Position numbers and translations under genes: made by a program. Below, piece by piece: positions 1 through 12,919 of a DNA stretch of 64,000 bases (position 1 is its first letter; each line of letters opens with the position of its first letter). The notes under the pieces were generated by a model. It was not told the origin of the DNA, searched no databases, and worked only from the letters and a program-made list of their open reading frames with translations. This DNA is from Octopus sinensis (lineage: Eukaryota): positions 59,830,001 to 59,894,000 of the forward strand of contig NC_043002.1 of the NCBI RefSeq assembly GCF_006345805.1, read 5' to 3'.

Positions 1-3000
1 ACAACGAAGCGATGTCAGGTCAAACAGTCAACTCTGAAGAAACACGCCCGTCACCTATTGTCACTGTCAGTGCCTTAAAAACAAGAGAAAACTCACGCCT
101 GATCGCTTATCGCCCGGGACAACAAGGACTGCGTTACTCAGTGGTGAACTGGACTGGGGTCGAAAAGTCTGCTGCTGGAAAAAAACTCTCCACAAAATGA
201 TGTACTATGTAACCAGATCCAGGATAATCCTAACACTAGGCCTGTAGTGACATCATCAAAACCATCACCTAAAGCAAAAACCGTAGCTGGACTAGAGAGG
301 ATTATAGAGATGTGCTGAAAGCTTTCTATACAGCCGAACTATAGCCAAGCAATAACCTCAACGTACCAACTTACACTTCTTGGAGAAACTTAGTAGGCAA
401 TGAAGTACGCAGATATATATGTATATATGCAAATAAACTTAGTAATGTAGGTAGAGATATCATGAAGAATAAAAGGTTAACAGACGCTGAAATTAACCAG
501 ATTAGGACACAAATATCTCATGGTAGACCGAATGAACACAGCAACAATACAGACGAAATAGGTAACAGATGCACAGAATCCAGTGTATGAACTGTACATC
601 TGAACGAGGAAGCTGAAGAAAGTTTAGCGAAGAAAAGTTATCCGGAGAAAAGAGAAGGACGCCCTACTTCAGGAAATTCAGAATAGGTATGTTACAGAAT
701 TTGAGGTGAATAATAAAGAGGAAGATCATAGAAGCAATAGAAGATATTATCAGAGTACTCAATCATACTGAGTCTACTAACATCATCAATAGAGAACCAC
801 TGGCAAAGTTCTCAGACATCATAAAAAACAACAACCTAATCATGATATATAATGCTGCTCTTGGGCAGTTCTTAAGTAATACCGGAAATTACATAACAAT
901 CTTAAATAATCTCATCTAATCCACTGCTAAAGTTGTAACTGCTCAACTAGATATCTGGACAGCACAGAAAAGGACCAACCATGTAATTAGATCTCCCAAG
1001 TGGAATGTAGCAATACAAAAAGAGATCGAATCTCTGCGTGCGGATGTATCGGTTCTCGATGAACTTGCTGGAGGAGTAGTTATTAAAAAGAAACGAGCTA
1101 AAAATAAATCAAGCAAAAATATAAAATGAAAGATTTTATAAACCTCCCTGCAACCAAGGATCTGTTGAAACAAAGAATACAACTGAAAGCCCAACGGCTT
1201 AGAAGGGATGACAAAAGAATAACATTTTATGGACAAAACAAGATATTCAAGACGGATGCAAAGACATTTTATAGGGAATTGGCAAAAATAAGATAGAAGA
1301 AAAGCAGCCACCCAAGACCGAGGAAATGGAAGAGTTCTGGAAGAAGATATGGAGCAACAAAAAAGAATATAATGCTGAAATTCACTGGATAAAGCGTAAG
1401 AAAGTGAGACGGGTTGAAGTTGAAGAGCAGAAATGGAAGGCAATAGGAATAGAAGAGCTAAGAAGTATTCTTAGGAAGTCTCACAAATGGAAAAATCCAG
1501 GACTGTGCCGAATTCCTAACTTCTGGTTAAATTGCCTGACAGAAGTACACCAAAATTTAGCTGTATCTCTAACTGATGTCATCCAGAATCCAGAGCAAAT
1601 ACAAACCTGGCTGAGTGAAGGAACAACATATCTTTTACCAAAAACAGAAGACACAATGTCTAAAGAAATACCAACCAATAATATGTCTCAAAGCCACCTA
1701 CAAGGGCCTCACATCCGTATCAACTGACAGAATATACACTTTTCGTGAACAGAGATCTATTCTTCCACAAGCTCAAAAATGTTGTAAAAGAAATTCTTAT
1801 TAGTGTAAAGATCAATTATTCATAAATAAAATAATTGTAGAGAGTTGCCGAAGCAAAAAGAACCTCAGTATGGCATGGCTAGATCACAAGAATGCGTTTG
1901 ATAGTGTCCTACATAATTGGATACTCAAGGCCCTTAAAATATGTAAGATCTCTCCTGTCGTCTCCAAATTCTTACAAGGAAGCATGGCCAATTGGAACAC
2001 ACATCTCCTTCTAAGCCATAGTAATGGGATGAGCCAAATTAACATCAACATCAAACGAGGCATCTTTCGAGGTGACTCCCTCTCCCCATTACTCTTTTGT
2101 ATGGCACTGATCTCACTCTCAAACGAACTAATTAACACAAGGTATGGGTTCAAAGTATATATGGACGATCTGAAGCTGTTTGCTAGAAATGGTGAAAAGC
2201 TACTAGGTCTGCTAACAACGGGTAAAGAATTTAGAAATGACATCGGGATGGACTTTTGCATTAATAAGTGTGCTAAAGCAACTTCTGTAAGAGGCAAGCT
2301 CAACAAACAGCTTCCATTGAATTAAATATCGACACTACTGCAAAATATCTTGATCCACAGGAAAATTACAAATGCTTGGGGATGAACGGAGATGATATAC
2401 AACATGCTACTATGAAGGAAAAAATAAGAAAAGAATATTACGGGAGAATACGACTCATACAAAAAACTGAACTCAACTCTAGAAATCGCATCGAAGTCAT
2501 TAACACCCAGGCACTTTCACTAGTGCAACATAGTTTTAACATCATTAACTGGAGTCTTACAGAACTCCAACGCCTCGGCAAGAAGAGAAGAAAATATTAA
2601 TTTCTAAGAAGATGCACCATCCACAAGCAGACTTTGATCGTGTGTACTTAACTAGAAGTAATGAGAGAAGTGGAATAATGCAGATAGAACTGTGCTACAA
2701 GACCTCTACAATAGCAATGAACAGGCACTTACTTTGTGCAGAGGAGTGAATGTTGTGTTTTGTGCGCAAACACGAAAGCAGAAAAGAGTCACATTCGATT
2801 GCCAAGGAAGCTTACAAATTCGCATGGGAACTTGGCATTAATCCTGAATAGTTGAAGAATCTGAAACCACAGATACAAAACAAGCAAAATGCATCAAGCA
2901 GCCTAGAAAGGACAACGGACAGAAACAAATTGAGGAACTTCTGTATAGACAGTATATACTTCAAAGTCAAAATGTTGATGTAGATCAATCAACAATTCAT

Positions 3001-3830
3001 CAGTGACTGAGAAGTTCGGGGCTGAAAGCAGAGACTGAAGGTTTCATGTTGGTGACACAAGACCAAAGCTTGCTCACAAAAACTACCAGGCTAGCGTTCT
3101 TCAAAACGGTTCTGGCCCTAAATGCAGATTCTGCGACATTTTTGGCTAAACAATAGACCATCTCATCTCGGGATGTCCTGTGCTGACACCCAAACGAATA
3201 TAGGACAGTATTTACATTGGAAAACAGCTAAACACTACAAAATCAGCAACCTTACTTACTGGTACGAGCATCGTCTCGAGCTAGTCGTTGAAGGTAAAAA
3301 TGTCACTATCCTCTGGGAATTTCCAGTCAACACTGACAGGACGATCGAGGCTAAGCGACCAGACATAAGAATTAAAGACGGAAGAAAATAATTGTACACT
3401 AATAGATATAAGTACTCCCACTGATGAAAATGTATCTGTCATGAAATTTGACAAACTATGTAAATATAAGAACCCGGGAACGGAAATCGAAAAGATATGG
3501 CATGTTAAAACGAAAACTGTTCTTTTTATTGTAGGTGCCCTAAGTATGATAAAAAGGGGATGTCAGATATATCGAAATAAGAACCCAGCAAAAGCATGTC
3601 TCAAAAAAATCCAAAAGATTGTACTGTCATATACTGCCCATATCCTTAGAAAAACCCTATCCACTTAAATGTATGTGTTGTATTACATTAAGATATTTCA
3701 CTACCTCCCCTCCCGAAGTAATCATTCATATTGTGACATCTCTTATACTTCACTATCTCAGGACGCTGGGTGTGTCTCGGCAAGTGACCTGTAGGGAAGA
3801 TGCAGATTAAAAGTAAAAGTAAAAATAAAA
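1..3830 (+). mobile_element. Near-full-length decayed non-LTR retrotransposon, R4/Dong clade (RT + CCHC + restriction-like endonuclease)
   Basis: Across frameshifted frames: AWLDHKNAFDSVLHNWI, KRGIFRGDSLSPLLFC, YMDDLKLF (1870-2325); KCRFC..TIDHLISGC zinc knuckle (~3120-3180); KRPDIRIKD..LIDI..KY RLE motifs; ends TAHILRKTLST* at 3668, then 3' UTR and (AAT)n. 5' end may lie upstream of the window. Confidence 0.92.
1326..3668 (+). pseudogene. Disrupted RT-RLE polyprotein of the R4/Dong element
   Basis: Consecutive ORF fragments 1326-1727, 1615-1803, 1870-2325, 2376-2600, 3122-3391, 3441-3668 are colinear pieces of one RT/RLE protein with many stops and frameshifts. Confidence 0.9.
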
Positions 3831-3854
3831 GTAATAATGATGATGATGATAATG

Positions 3855-3928
<74 letters not shown>

Positions 3929-4019
3929 TACAACAACAACTGCAACAACAGTAACAAAAGCAACATAAACAACAACAGCAGCAGCAACAACAACAACAAC
4001 AACAATAATAATAGTAATG

Positions 4020-4091
<72 letters not shown>

Positions 4092-4092
4092 T
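3831..4092. repeat. (AAT)n/(AAC)n compound microsatellite, tail/target of the Dong element
   Basis: Direct reading. Confidence 0.98.
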
Positions 4093-4099
4093 GTTTGTA

Positions 4100-4828
4100 G
4101 CGGCATAAGATGAAACATTGGGAACTAATTGGCTAAATGCTAAGATAGACAAAATCCAGTTGGTTCCCAAAGTAGACTATATAAAACAAATGAGAAAGTG
4201 TTACTCATATGGTAAGCGAATGTAGCATGGTGACACAGAGGGAATACAAGAAAAGACATCACAACCTAGTGAGACTAAACCACTGGGAGCTATGTAGAAA
4301 GCTAGGATTTGGACATACTCATAAATATTATGAGCATGAACCTAGCAACGTGCTAAAAGTAAAAAAAAACATATAAGATATTGTGGGCCTTTAAAACTCA
4401 AGCAGAAAGAGAGACAAAAGGAAGAAGGTCTAATTTAGTAGTAGTAAATAAAGAGAATAGAAAGCGCCAGATAACTGACTTTACATTCCCAAAGGATGAG
4501 AAAGTCGATATGAGAGGTATAGAAAGAATAGCAAAGAACCAGGACCTAGCTATTGAAATACAGAGACTATGGAAAGTGCGGAGAAAATGTATACATCTAG
4601 TTATAGGTGCATAAGGAATTAACTCTAAAGATTTGAACAGATGGATAGAGGAAATAGGCGTAAAATGAAGTTTAGTAAAACTCCAGAAAACAGTATTATT
4701 AGGAACAGTGAGAATAGCTGGGAGTGTTCTTGGCATCTATGTTTCCTTGTAGACTGAATTTAGGGGATTTTCTTTTCCAACAGATTAAAATGTTGTGTGC
4801 AGATGAAATGATAATAATAATAATGATA
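4100..4828 (+). mobile_element. 5'-truncated R4/Dong-like LINE 3' end (second subfamily)
   Basis: ESVTHMVSECSMVTQREYKKRHHNL..HWELCRKLG..KYYEHEP, then ITDFTFPKD..KNQDLAIEI..LVIGA..LQKTVLLGTVRI; preceded by (AAT)n and ending in ATGATAATAATAATGATAAT. Confidence 0.85.
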
Positions 4829-4829
4829 A

Positions 4830-4920
4830 TCCTTTCGCCTATAGGTACAAGGCTTGATATTTTGGGGAAGAGGTCTATTCAAGTCCATTGATCCAAGCAC
4901 TTGACTGCGACTCATTTCTT
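4830..4920 (-). mobile_element. SINE family B 3' tail fragment (tail type 1)
   Basis: CCTTTCGCCTATAGGTACAAGGCTTGATATTTTGGGG resembles the tails at 12283, 12661 and 51955. Confidence 0.6.
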
Positions 4921-4979
4921 ACAAATAGATCCATATCCACCCCAAGACATGCATTCCATGTAAAATAAATTGCTACTTT

Positions 4980-5368
4980 TAGAGACAGGGAAGAAAATAA
5001 TTGTACACTAATAGATGTAAGCGTTCCCACTGATAATATATCTGTCAAGGAATTTGACAAACTAAGTAAATATAAGGCCCTGGGAACTGAAATACAAAAG
5101 ATGTGGCAACCTAAAACGAGAATTGTTCCTCTTATTGTAGGTGTCCTAGGTATAATAAAAAGGGATGTCAGAAACATAGATATGATCCCAGGAAAAGCAT
5201 GTCTCAAAGAAATCCAAAAGATTGTACTGTCATGTACAGCCTACATCCTTAGAAAAACCCTATCCACTTAAATGTATGTGTTCTATGACATGAAAATATT
5301 TCACTACCTCTCCTCCCCAAGCCTTCAGTCATATTGTAACATCTCTTATACTTCACTCGTCCTAGGAC
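4980..5368 (+). mobile_element. R4/Dong 3' fragment, same subfamily as 1-3830
   Basis: Aligns by eye with 3378-3765, e.g. shared CCTTAGAAAAACCCTATCCACTTAAATGTATGTGTT. Confidence 0.9.
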
Positions 5369-5489
5369 TACCCTACTCTTTATTATGTACCGCAAAATAT
5401 AAGCTTTAGACAGACGTCTTATAAAGTAGATCCACCCGAAAGAAATCCACTGAGTTAAAATAATACAACCTTCAAGAATAAATTTCATG

Positions 5490-5600
5490 ATAGCGTTGTC
5501 CCTTAGGCTCTATAATTCAATGGCTATGTCCTGGTACTTTCCTATTATCTCTATACCTCTTGTATTGACATTCTTATCCTTTGGGATTGTAAATCAATTC
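5490..5600 (-). mobile_element. Short R4/Dong RLE fragment
   Basis: Reverse strand reads roughly I(D)FTIPKDKNVNTRGIEIIGKYQDIAIEL, similar to 4470-4570. Confidence 0.65.
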
Positions 5601-5729
5601 TTCTGCTTCTTCTTCTTCTCCTTCTCCTTATTACTTTTCTTCTTCTTCTTATCATCAAAATCATCATCATCATCATCATCATCATTTTCATCGTCATCAT
5701 CATCATCACCATTATTATTATTATTATTA

Positions 5730-5794
<65 letters not shown>

Positions 5795-5822
5795 CATCAT
5801 CATCATCATCATTATTATTATG

Positions 5823-6365
5823 TGAGAGAGCAGTGCATACCATCAAAGTGACACTGGGATAAATATACGAAGCCCGGTATATCCATCATGACAACCCGTC
5901 CGATAAGGGTACATCAGACATATGTATCACGACCATATGTACGTGACATTGTGATCTCATATCAAGATAAATAGCGCATGAACTTACAGGTGGGGCTCAA
6001 TTAGAATTTTGTTTGAGTTCAGTAGCTCATCCCGCTCAAAAGGTTCCTGAATTAGGGTTGTGCAAGGATGTTAAATAAAACACCCATTTTTCAAGAGGTG
6101 AACTGTCCAAACCTCAAACGTTTCCTTTCAGCACATGGCTATGATGTTCCCCCACTACTTCTGCTCGTGATCAGAGATGCACATATCGCCAGCTATTAAA
6201 GGACGTGCTCAACTGGTTCAGGCCAAACAACTGAAAAACAAATCTGTGCTATTGAGCAGAATAGTTACTGTAGCCCATTTTTATACCAAGACAAATCAAT
6301 ATACATGACACCGCTTCCAATAGATTAAGATGAGAGGCCATGAAAGCCACTACCTGGTAGAGCAT
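5823..6365 (-). mobile_element. ~540-bp non-coding (AAT)n-associated retroposon, full-length copy
   Basis: Flanked on both sides by (ATT)n; homologous to 28395-28718, 30076-30305, 31426-31889, 36326-36765 and 36797-36903. Confidence 0.85.
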
Positions 6366-6609
6366 TATTATTATTATTATTATTTATTATTATTATTATT
6401 ATTATTATTTATTATTATTATTATCATTATTATTATTATTATTATAGTTTTTTGGTTGATGTTGTTGTTGTTCAATCAGACACGTGAAGGTTTAACGTTT
6501 AGTATCTTTCGTGTAACGCTATTGTCATGTCAACCCATCAATCCATTGTAGAATTAATAGACTGCCTTAGGGTCATACACCCTTTATAATCTATAGCAGA
6601 TGATACATA

Positions 6610-6624
6610 CTTACATACATGTAT

Positions 6625-6688
<64 letters not shown>

Positions 6689-6746
6689 CACATGTATATA
6701 TACACACACACATATATATATATACATATATTATATTAAATTATAT

Positions 6747-6785
<39 letters not shown>

Positions 6786-6788
6786 ATA

Positions 6789-6828
<40 letters not shown>

Positions 6829-6899
6829 GTATATATACACACACACATATATATATATACATATATTATATTAAATTATATACACACACACACACACAC

Positions 6900-6976
<77 letters not shown>

Positions 6977-7060
6977 CACATATATATATATATATATATA
7001 TCAATAAATACATAGATACCTAGATACATACATACGTACGTACACACACACACACACATA
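6610..7060. repeat. (TA)n/(CA)n compound microsatellite with a ~135-bp tandem duplication
   Basis: ACATGTATATATACAC..TATTATATTAAATTATATACAC occurs twice (~6689 and ~6825). Confidence 0.9.
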
Positions 7061-7424
7061 TCGATTATCTAACCTTTAGATATCCTTTTCTTTGGACAGT
7101 GGAAAATTCAGCTCATGTTACATGTGGTCCATAGTTGCACGTCTTGACAGATGAAGTCGATAAAGGATTAGGCGGGCAGTGGAAATAGCTGGTTCTATTC
7201 GATAATTTACAGCTGAACGGATTAATAGAATGTCTAAACAGAGAATATAGTGACTCAGTGAGTTAATTGGATAAAGAAGTTTAGCTAAAAAGAAGCATTC
7301 ATTGACTCCCGTATATTAATGATCGACAAGAAGATATATATTAGATTAGCTTAGGTTAGATAACAATGTACTACTCCACACCCGCACACATATCGGTTTC
7401 ACCTTTACTTATCCTGCATTGCTC

Positions 7425-7441
7425 TCTGTCTGTCTGTCTGT

Positions 7442-7493
<52 letters not shown>

Positions 7494-7525
7494 CTACCTA
7501 TCTATCTTTTTCTATCCATCTATCC

Positions 7526-7592
<67 letters not shown>

Positions 7593-7610
7593 CATCTATC
7601 TATCTCTTTT

Positions 7611-7685
<75 letters not shown>
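7425..7685. repeat. (TCTG)n-(TAAC)n-(TATC)n compound microsatellite
   Basis: Direct reading. Confidence 0.97.
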
Positions 7686-9465
7686 GCGAGAATTGGGATG
7701 CGGGACGAGCGTGTCTGCATACGCGAACGACGTCACCGTCATAGTGTCAAGCCACGAGCACATCGAGCGGGTCGGCGAGACACTGAAAGACTACGAAGCG
7801 GTGACAGGAGCAAAAATCAACCGGGAAAAGTCAGTGGGCTTGCGGCTCGGCACCTGGAGAAGCAAGCCCATGCCGTCCACCAGTACCTCCGTCGTGGGAC
7901 GCTGGACAGACGGCCCGGTTGAGTTGCTCGGGGTCTGGTTCGGTCCGGACCTCCAAATGGAGAAGAACTGGAACGAGATAACGAGTAGGGTGGTCACTCT
8001 CGCCCAGCAATGGGCCGAGAGGAAACTGTCCCTAAAAGGTCGGGCGGAGGTGGTGAACGCGTACATCGCGTCCATCATCTACTACCGCCTGACCGTCGTA
8101 CCTTGTCCCGACCCTACCATCACCAAACTAGAACGCATCCTCTTCCGCTTCTTGTGGAAAGGATGCGTCCCGATGGTCAGGCGATCCATTTGCTGTCAAC
8201 ACCCGTTAAAAGGAGGGCTGGGCATGCCGTGGTCGATGATGCGCAGACACGCGCTGAGACTGCGACATCTCCGGCTCTATGTAGACGACGGTGAACAGGT
8301 GTGGTCGCCGTTTGTGAGGCACGCATTCCCGCAACTCGTCTCCATGACCGAACTACAGTCGTGGATCAAAAAGAGGCCGAGGAAGGGCGATTGGCACCGC
8401 GAGTGTCGCGTTGCTCTCAAGCAACTCTGCCGTCCCGGGTCGACCTTGAGTGACTTCAACACAACCAAAGCATTCTATAGGGGATTAGTGGAGGGGAAGT
8501 ACGACGACGAGCTCGGGGCAAACCTGGGCGTCGACGAGGAATACCTGACCCGCCTGTTTCAAACGACTTTCGGCCCGGACCTATGGACAACTTCCAGAGA
8601 TCCCTGGCCTGGCGGTGCTACCGAGAAGCGCTACCCGTTCGGGATAAGCTCTATAGGCATGGCTCGAGAAGACGGGGCCGACCTGCCCGAGATGCGGGCA
8701 GAGCGACGAAACCGCTCTGCACGCAATCGTGCAGTGTCCAGCAATTTCCGACCTGTGGGCTTATGTCGAACGACTGCTGTCACGTGTGGGACGTGTCGGT
8801 TTATCAGCCGAGTCTATCGTTAATATCGTCACGCCTCCTTCTTTCAAACGGGAAGGAAGAGCTATTTTTATCATACTTGTGGCTATGGCGAAAGAATGTA
8901 TCTGGTGGACGCGCCTGAAAGGATTAGAGACAAACACTTTCCTCTCTGGTCAATCTCTCATCAACTTCTTCAAGTATCACTTGAAGAGGAAAGTGAGAGT
9001 AGAGAGGCAAGTTTTGTCTCGTGATTGTTTTAAAAAAGATGGGTGAATGTAGCAAGGATGGCACGTATGAATGACGAAGCCACCTTGACTATGATTCTAT
9101 GAACCATAAAAATTAATACAGAGAGTTGCTTATTTGCAAAAAAAAAAAAAAGAAATATAACATGTGACTTCATTAACCGAGGTTACCGTGGTCTTTTCCG
9201 TAGGCTTTTCTTTCCACGGGTAAACCTCACCTGTCCTCCCCTTTACACTTCATATTGACATTTCTGTGATAACGATCCCTATTATTCATTTTTGTTCTCT
9301 CCCCCCCCTTTTTTAAACCCCTCCCCTTTTTTTTGTCCTTTTTCTTTCCCTTTACGATCCCTTTTGATCGAAAACCACCACTCTCCTTTTTTTTACCCCC
9401 AAAAGAAAAGCTCTACCTTGTAATTTGTTCTATCTGTGTGCAGCCCTGTGTGGCTAATAAAGAAA
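7686..9465 (+). mobile_element. 5'-truncated Tx1/L1-clade non-LTR retrotransposon (RT C-terminal half, CCHC knuckle, 3' UTR)
   Basis: SAYANDVTV (YADD box), [34 protein letters not shown] are Tx1/L1 ORF2 motifs; [18 protein letters not shown] at 8684-8737; AATAAA at 9456-9461; GC-rich relative to flanks; (TATC)n on both sides. Confidence 0.92.
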
Positions 9466-9509
9466 CATATCTATCTATCTATGACTTTTTCTATCTATCT
9501 ATGACTTTT

Positions 9510-9562
<53 letters not shown>

Positions 9563-9606
9563 ATCTATCTATCTATCTATCAATCTATCTATCTATCTAT
9601 CTATCT
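9466..9606. repeat. (TATC)n right flank of the Tx1 element
   Basis: Direct reading; includes a duplicated ATGACTTTTTCTATCTATCT. Confidence 0.97.
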
Positions 9607-11112
9607 GTGAATTGTCATGCCAAGTTCAAAAGTGAAAACTAATAGATATTATAGCTTGTACAAGAAAAACATTGCATCAAAGACCATACTACAAAACCAC
9701 AAGTGTCATAATCTAATTGCTCACATTTTCCCAGTACTAAATATATAAAAAAACAGAAGTTTAGTTAGTAATATATTTATAATCTGGAGGGCAATAGACA
9801 TTCAAAACCCGTGTAGCAAAGTGCTGGAATTTAAATATTCTAATTTGATAACTTTATTTTGGATCTGAGGATCAGGGTAAATGAACAGATGGAGTGAATG
9901 TTTGAACTGATGCTAAAAGAGAGCAACTATTTTTGCTAAATATATTTTTAATATGCCCGACAATGTTCTCGTTTTAAAGAGAAGGATATCATTTTGATCA
10001 CTGGAAAATTATATGAGAGCTCATGAACGTTACTTACTCCTTGACTTCTATTTCTGCCAATAGAAGGCGCTACACCTCACTAACTGAGCTTTCCAAACCA
10101 ATATATTTTACAGAGCCCTTTCTTGTTTTTGCGTTACTAAGTTATACTCTTTAAACTCGATGATAAAGCCTAAAACGATGAAATCACGCGCGAAACTCTG
10201 AAGGACTCCTAAAAGGATCGGTTATAAAAGAGATAAATTCAATCGCATATATTGATTACTAGCTTTACCGTTCGTACTATTAAGCTGAAACATTTACACA
10301 AACATACACGAACACACACACACGTACAAAAAACACAAAGAAAGACACACACACACAGAACATCATACAATGTTTCACACATATACATATGCAGGCTACG
10401 GTAGATTGAATTCTAAAAATATTTCCCTGAAATTCACATAACTATTTTATGTCCAGAGCCATTTATATACGAGGGTATATATGCCTAGATACATATGTGT
10501 GTGTGTGTGTGTGTGTCTGTGTGTATTTGTGTCTGTGTATACATCAAAGTTTATGTATATGTGCATGCGTGTAGGTCTCTGGAGCAGTGCATGGTCGTTT
10601 TCGATTCAAGTCTTTCATCGATACATTACGCTTTATAAATACACCAGTCGCAGTTCAACTTTTTATAAACGAGAAATAAATGATAGGCTATATTGGATTG
10701 TTTGAAAAATCAAATATAGAACTTTGACTTTCTCCAGTGATTTTTATTTCTGAAGATCGAAGCGAATTATTCGAATCAATGAATGGAACGATTGAAACAC
10801 CGTGTATATCCATGTTGACGTTTCCTTTCCAAAAATGGTAAAACAAATGAAAACGATATATTTAGCATTATCGGCATCCATCTATATGCCTGTAGAAATG
10901 TAGACTCTTTTCTAAGAAATTTTCAAAGTAGAAATTATCAACCTGTTCGAAGTGAACATTCGGTTTTCATTCAGATCAGACAGTTATAACATAAAACAAT
11001 TTAGCGATTCTTCTTTCAAATGTCTTTGTAATACAAACGCTTAAACACAACACGTACACACGACACACTTCTATATATAGAAACACATACATACATACAT
11101 ACATATAAACAT

Positions 11113-11517
11113 ATTCTTTTATTCTTTTATTTGTTTCAGTCATTTGACTGCAGCCATGCTGGAGTACCCCCTCTAGTCGAACAAATGGATCTCAGGACTT
11201 ATTAATTGTAAGCCTAGTACTTATTCTATGTTTTTTTTGCCGAATTGCTAAGTTACGGGGACGTAAACCAATCAACATCGGTTGTCAAGCGATGGTGGGG
11301 GACAATCATTGCACACACACACATACACATACACACACATACACACAGATATACGACGAGATTCTTTCAGTTTCACTCTACAAAATCCACTCACAAGGCT
11401 TTGGTAGGCCTGAGGATATAGTAGAAGACACTTACTCGAGGTGCCACACAGTGTAACAGAACCCAGTGGCATGTCATTGGTAAGCAAGTTACTTACCCCA
11501 CAGCTACTCCAGCGCCT
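11113..11517 (-). mobile_element. SINE family A (tRNA-derived head, CORE-like domain, internal microsatellite, LINE-like tail; octopus OR-type)
   Basis: Minus strand: A/B-box-like head, GGCACCTCGAGTAAGTGTCTTCTACTATA CORE-like block, (TG)n, tail CTCCAGCATGGCTGCAGTCAAATGACTGAAAC. Confidence 0.85.
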
Positions 11518-11542
11518 TTATATACATATATATATATATATA

Positions 11543-11985
11543 TTCTTTTACTTTTTCAGTCATCAGACTGCGACCATGTTTCGGCATCGCCTTGAAGAAT
11601 TTTAGTTGAGTAAATCGACCACACTGTATTTTAAATCCTGGTACTTATTTCATCAAGCACGTTAGCCGAAACGTCACGTAACGGTGACGTAAACACAGAT
11701 ATACCGGTTGTGAAGCGCTGATGAGGAACAAGCGCAGATACGCGCGCACACACACACACACAAACAGACATATACACATATACATATACATATACAAGCG
11801 GAGCTTCTCCCAGTTTCCGTCTATCCTATCTATTCACAACACTTTTGTTGCCCCAAGGTTACAATAGACATTTGTCGAAGTTGCCACGCATTGGGACTGA
11901 ACCCGGAACCATACTGTTGGAAGGTAATTGAATCAGAAACATGTGGCTGCGAAGGAAACGTGTTACCACACTAGCCACGTCCTGT
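11543..11985 (-). mobile_element. SINE family A, diverged copy
   Basis: Same module order as 11113-11517; B-box GGGTTCAGTCCC on the minus strand at ~11893-11904. Confidence 0.8.
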
Positions 11986-12282
11986 CAACTTGTTTATTTT
12001 TTATAAACTCTTCTAAGTTGTTTATTGTACGGAACTAGTTTTAGTGGTGACCACATCGGAAGTGTGTAATTAGAAGTACCGCATTATAATTGATATACGT
12101 TAGTTTACTTTAAATGACTGAGTAACAGAAAGACAATATATTCCTGTGAAATTCATTTTCGGGAAGCAAGAAATTTTTTTACGTTAATCTGCATATATTA
12201 AAGTAATATATTTGCAAATTGAGTTGTACATATACAGCCGCATCTAAATGAAGGAGTTCCGAGAGTAAATGATGTAACATTT

Positions 12283-12868
12283 CTTTTCTACTCTAGGCAC
12301 AAGGATTGATTTTGGGGGAGGGTGCCATCGATTACATCAACTCCAATATGCAACTGGTACCTAATTTATCGATCCCAAAAGGATGAAAGGCAAGGTCGAC
12401 CTCGGTGGAATTTGAACTCAGAACTTAATGGCAGACGAAATACCTATTTCTTTACTACCCACAAGCGTCTAAACACAGAGAGGACAAACAAGGATAGACA
12501 AACGGATTAAGTCGATTATATCGACCCCAGTGCGTAACTGGTACTTATTTAATCGACCCCGAAAAGATGAAAGGCAAAGTCGACCTCGGCGGAATTTGAA
12601 CTTAGAACGTAACGGCAGGCGCAATACCGCTAAGCATTTCGCCCGGCGTGCTAACATTTCTTTCCTAGGCACAAGGCCAGAAATTTTTCGTGAGTGGGAC
12701 TGTCGATTAAATTGATCCCAGTACGCAATTGGTACTTAAATTATCGATCCCGAAAGGAAGAAAGGCAACGTCAACCTCGGCGGTATTTGAACTCAGAACG
12801 TAAAGAGAAATGAAATGGTGTTAAACATTTAGTTCGGCGTGCTAACGTTTCTTCCAGCACGCAGCCTT
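12283..12868 (-). mobile_element. Cluster of three SINE family B copies (12283-12444, 12445-12660, 12661-12868)
   Basis: Repeated CCCCGAAAGGATGAAAGGCAAAGTCGACCTCGGCGGAATTTGAACTCAGAAC-type block (B box GTTCAAATTCC on minus; central domain resembles the MetaSINE Meta domain, from memory); two different tails. Confidence 0.88.
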
Positions 12869-12919
12869 ACAATGTAACACAATATGATTAACATAATAGC
12901 CCAATAATACTTTAACTCC

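Noticed and set aside
7443-7492. Telomere-like (TAAC)n tract
   Set aside because: Tetranucleotide variant within a compound microsatellite, not TTAGGG or TTAGG.
7698-8468. Overlapping alternative-frame and antisense ORFs in the GC-rich region
   Set aside because: Shadow ORFs of the Tx1 ORF2 caused by high GC content.
9660-9830. Possible ancient CR1/L2 remnant (FKTRVAKCWN)
   Set aside because: Single short motif only.
12283-12868. CRISPR-like or regularly spaced repeat array
   Set aside because: Repeats are long diverged SINE bodies with homologous, not unique, intervening sequence; no cas genes; eukaryotic context.
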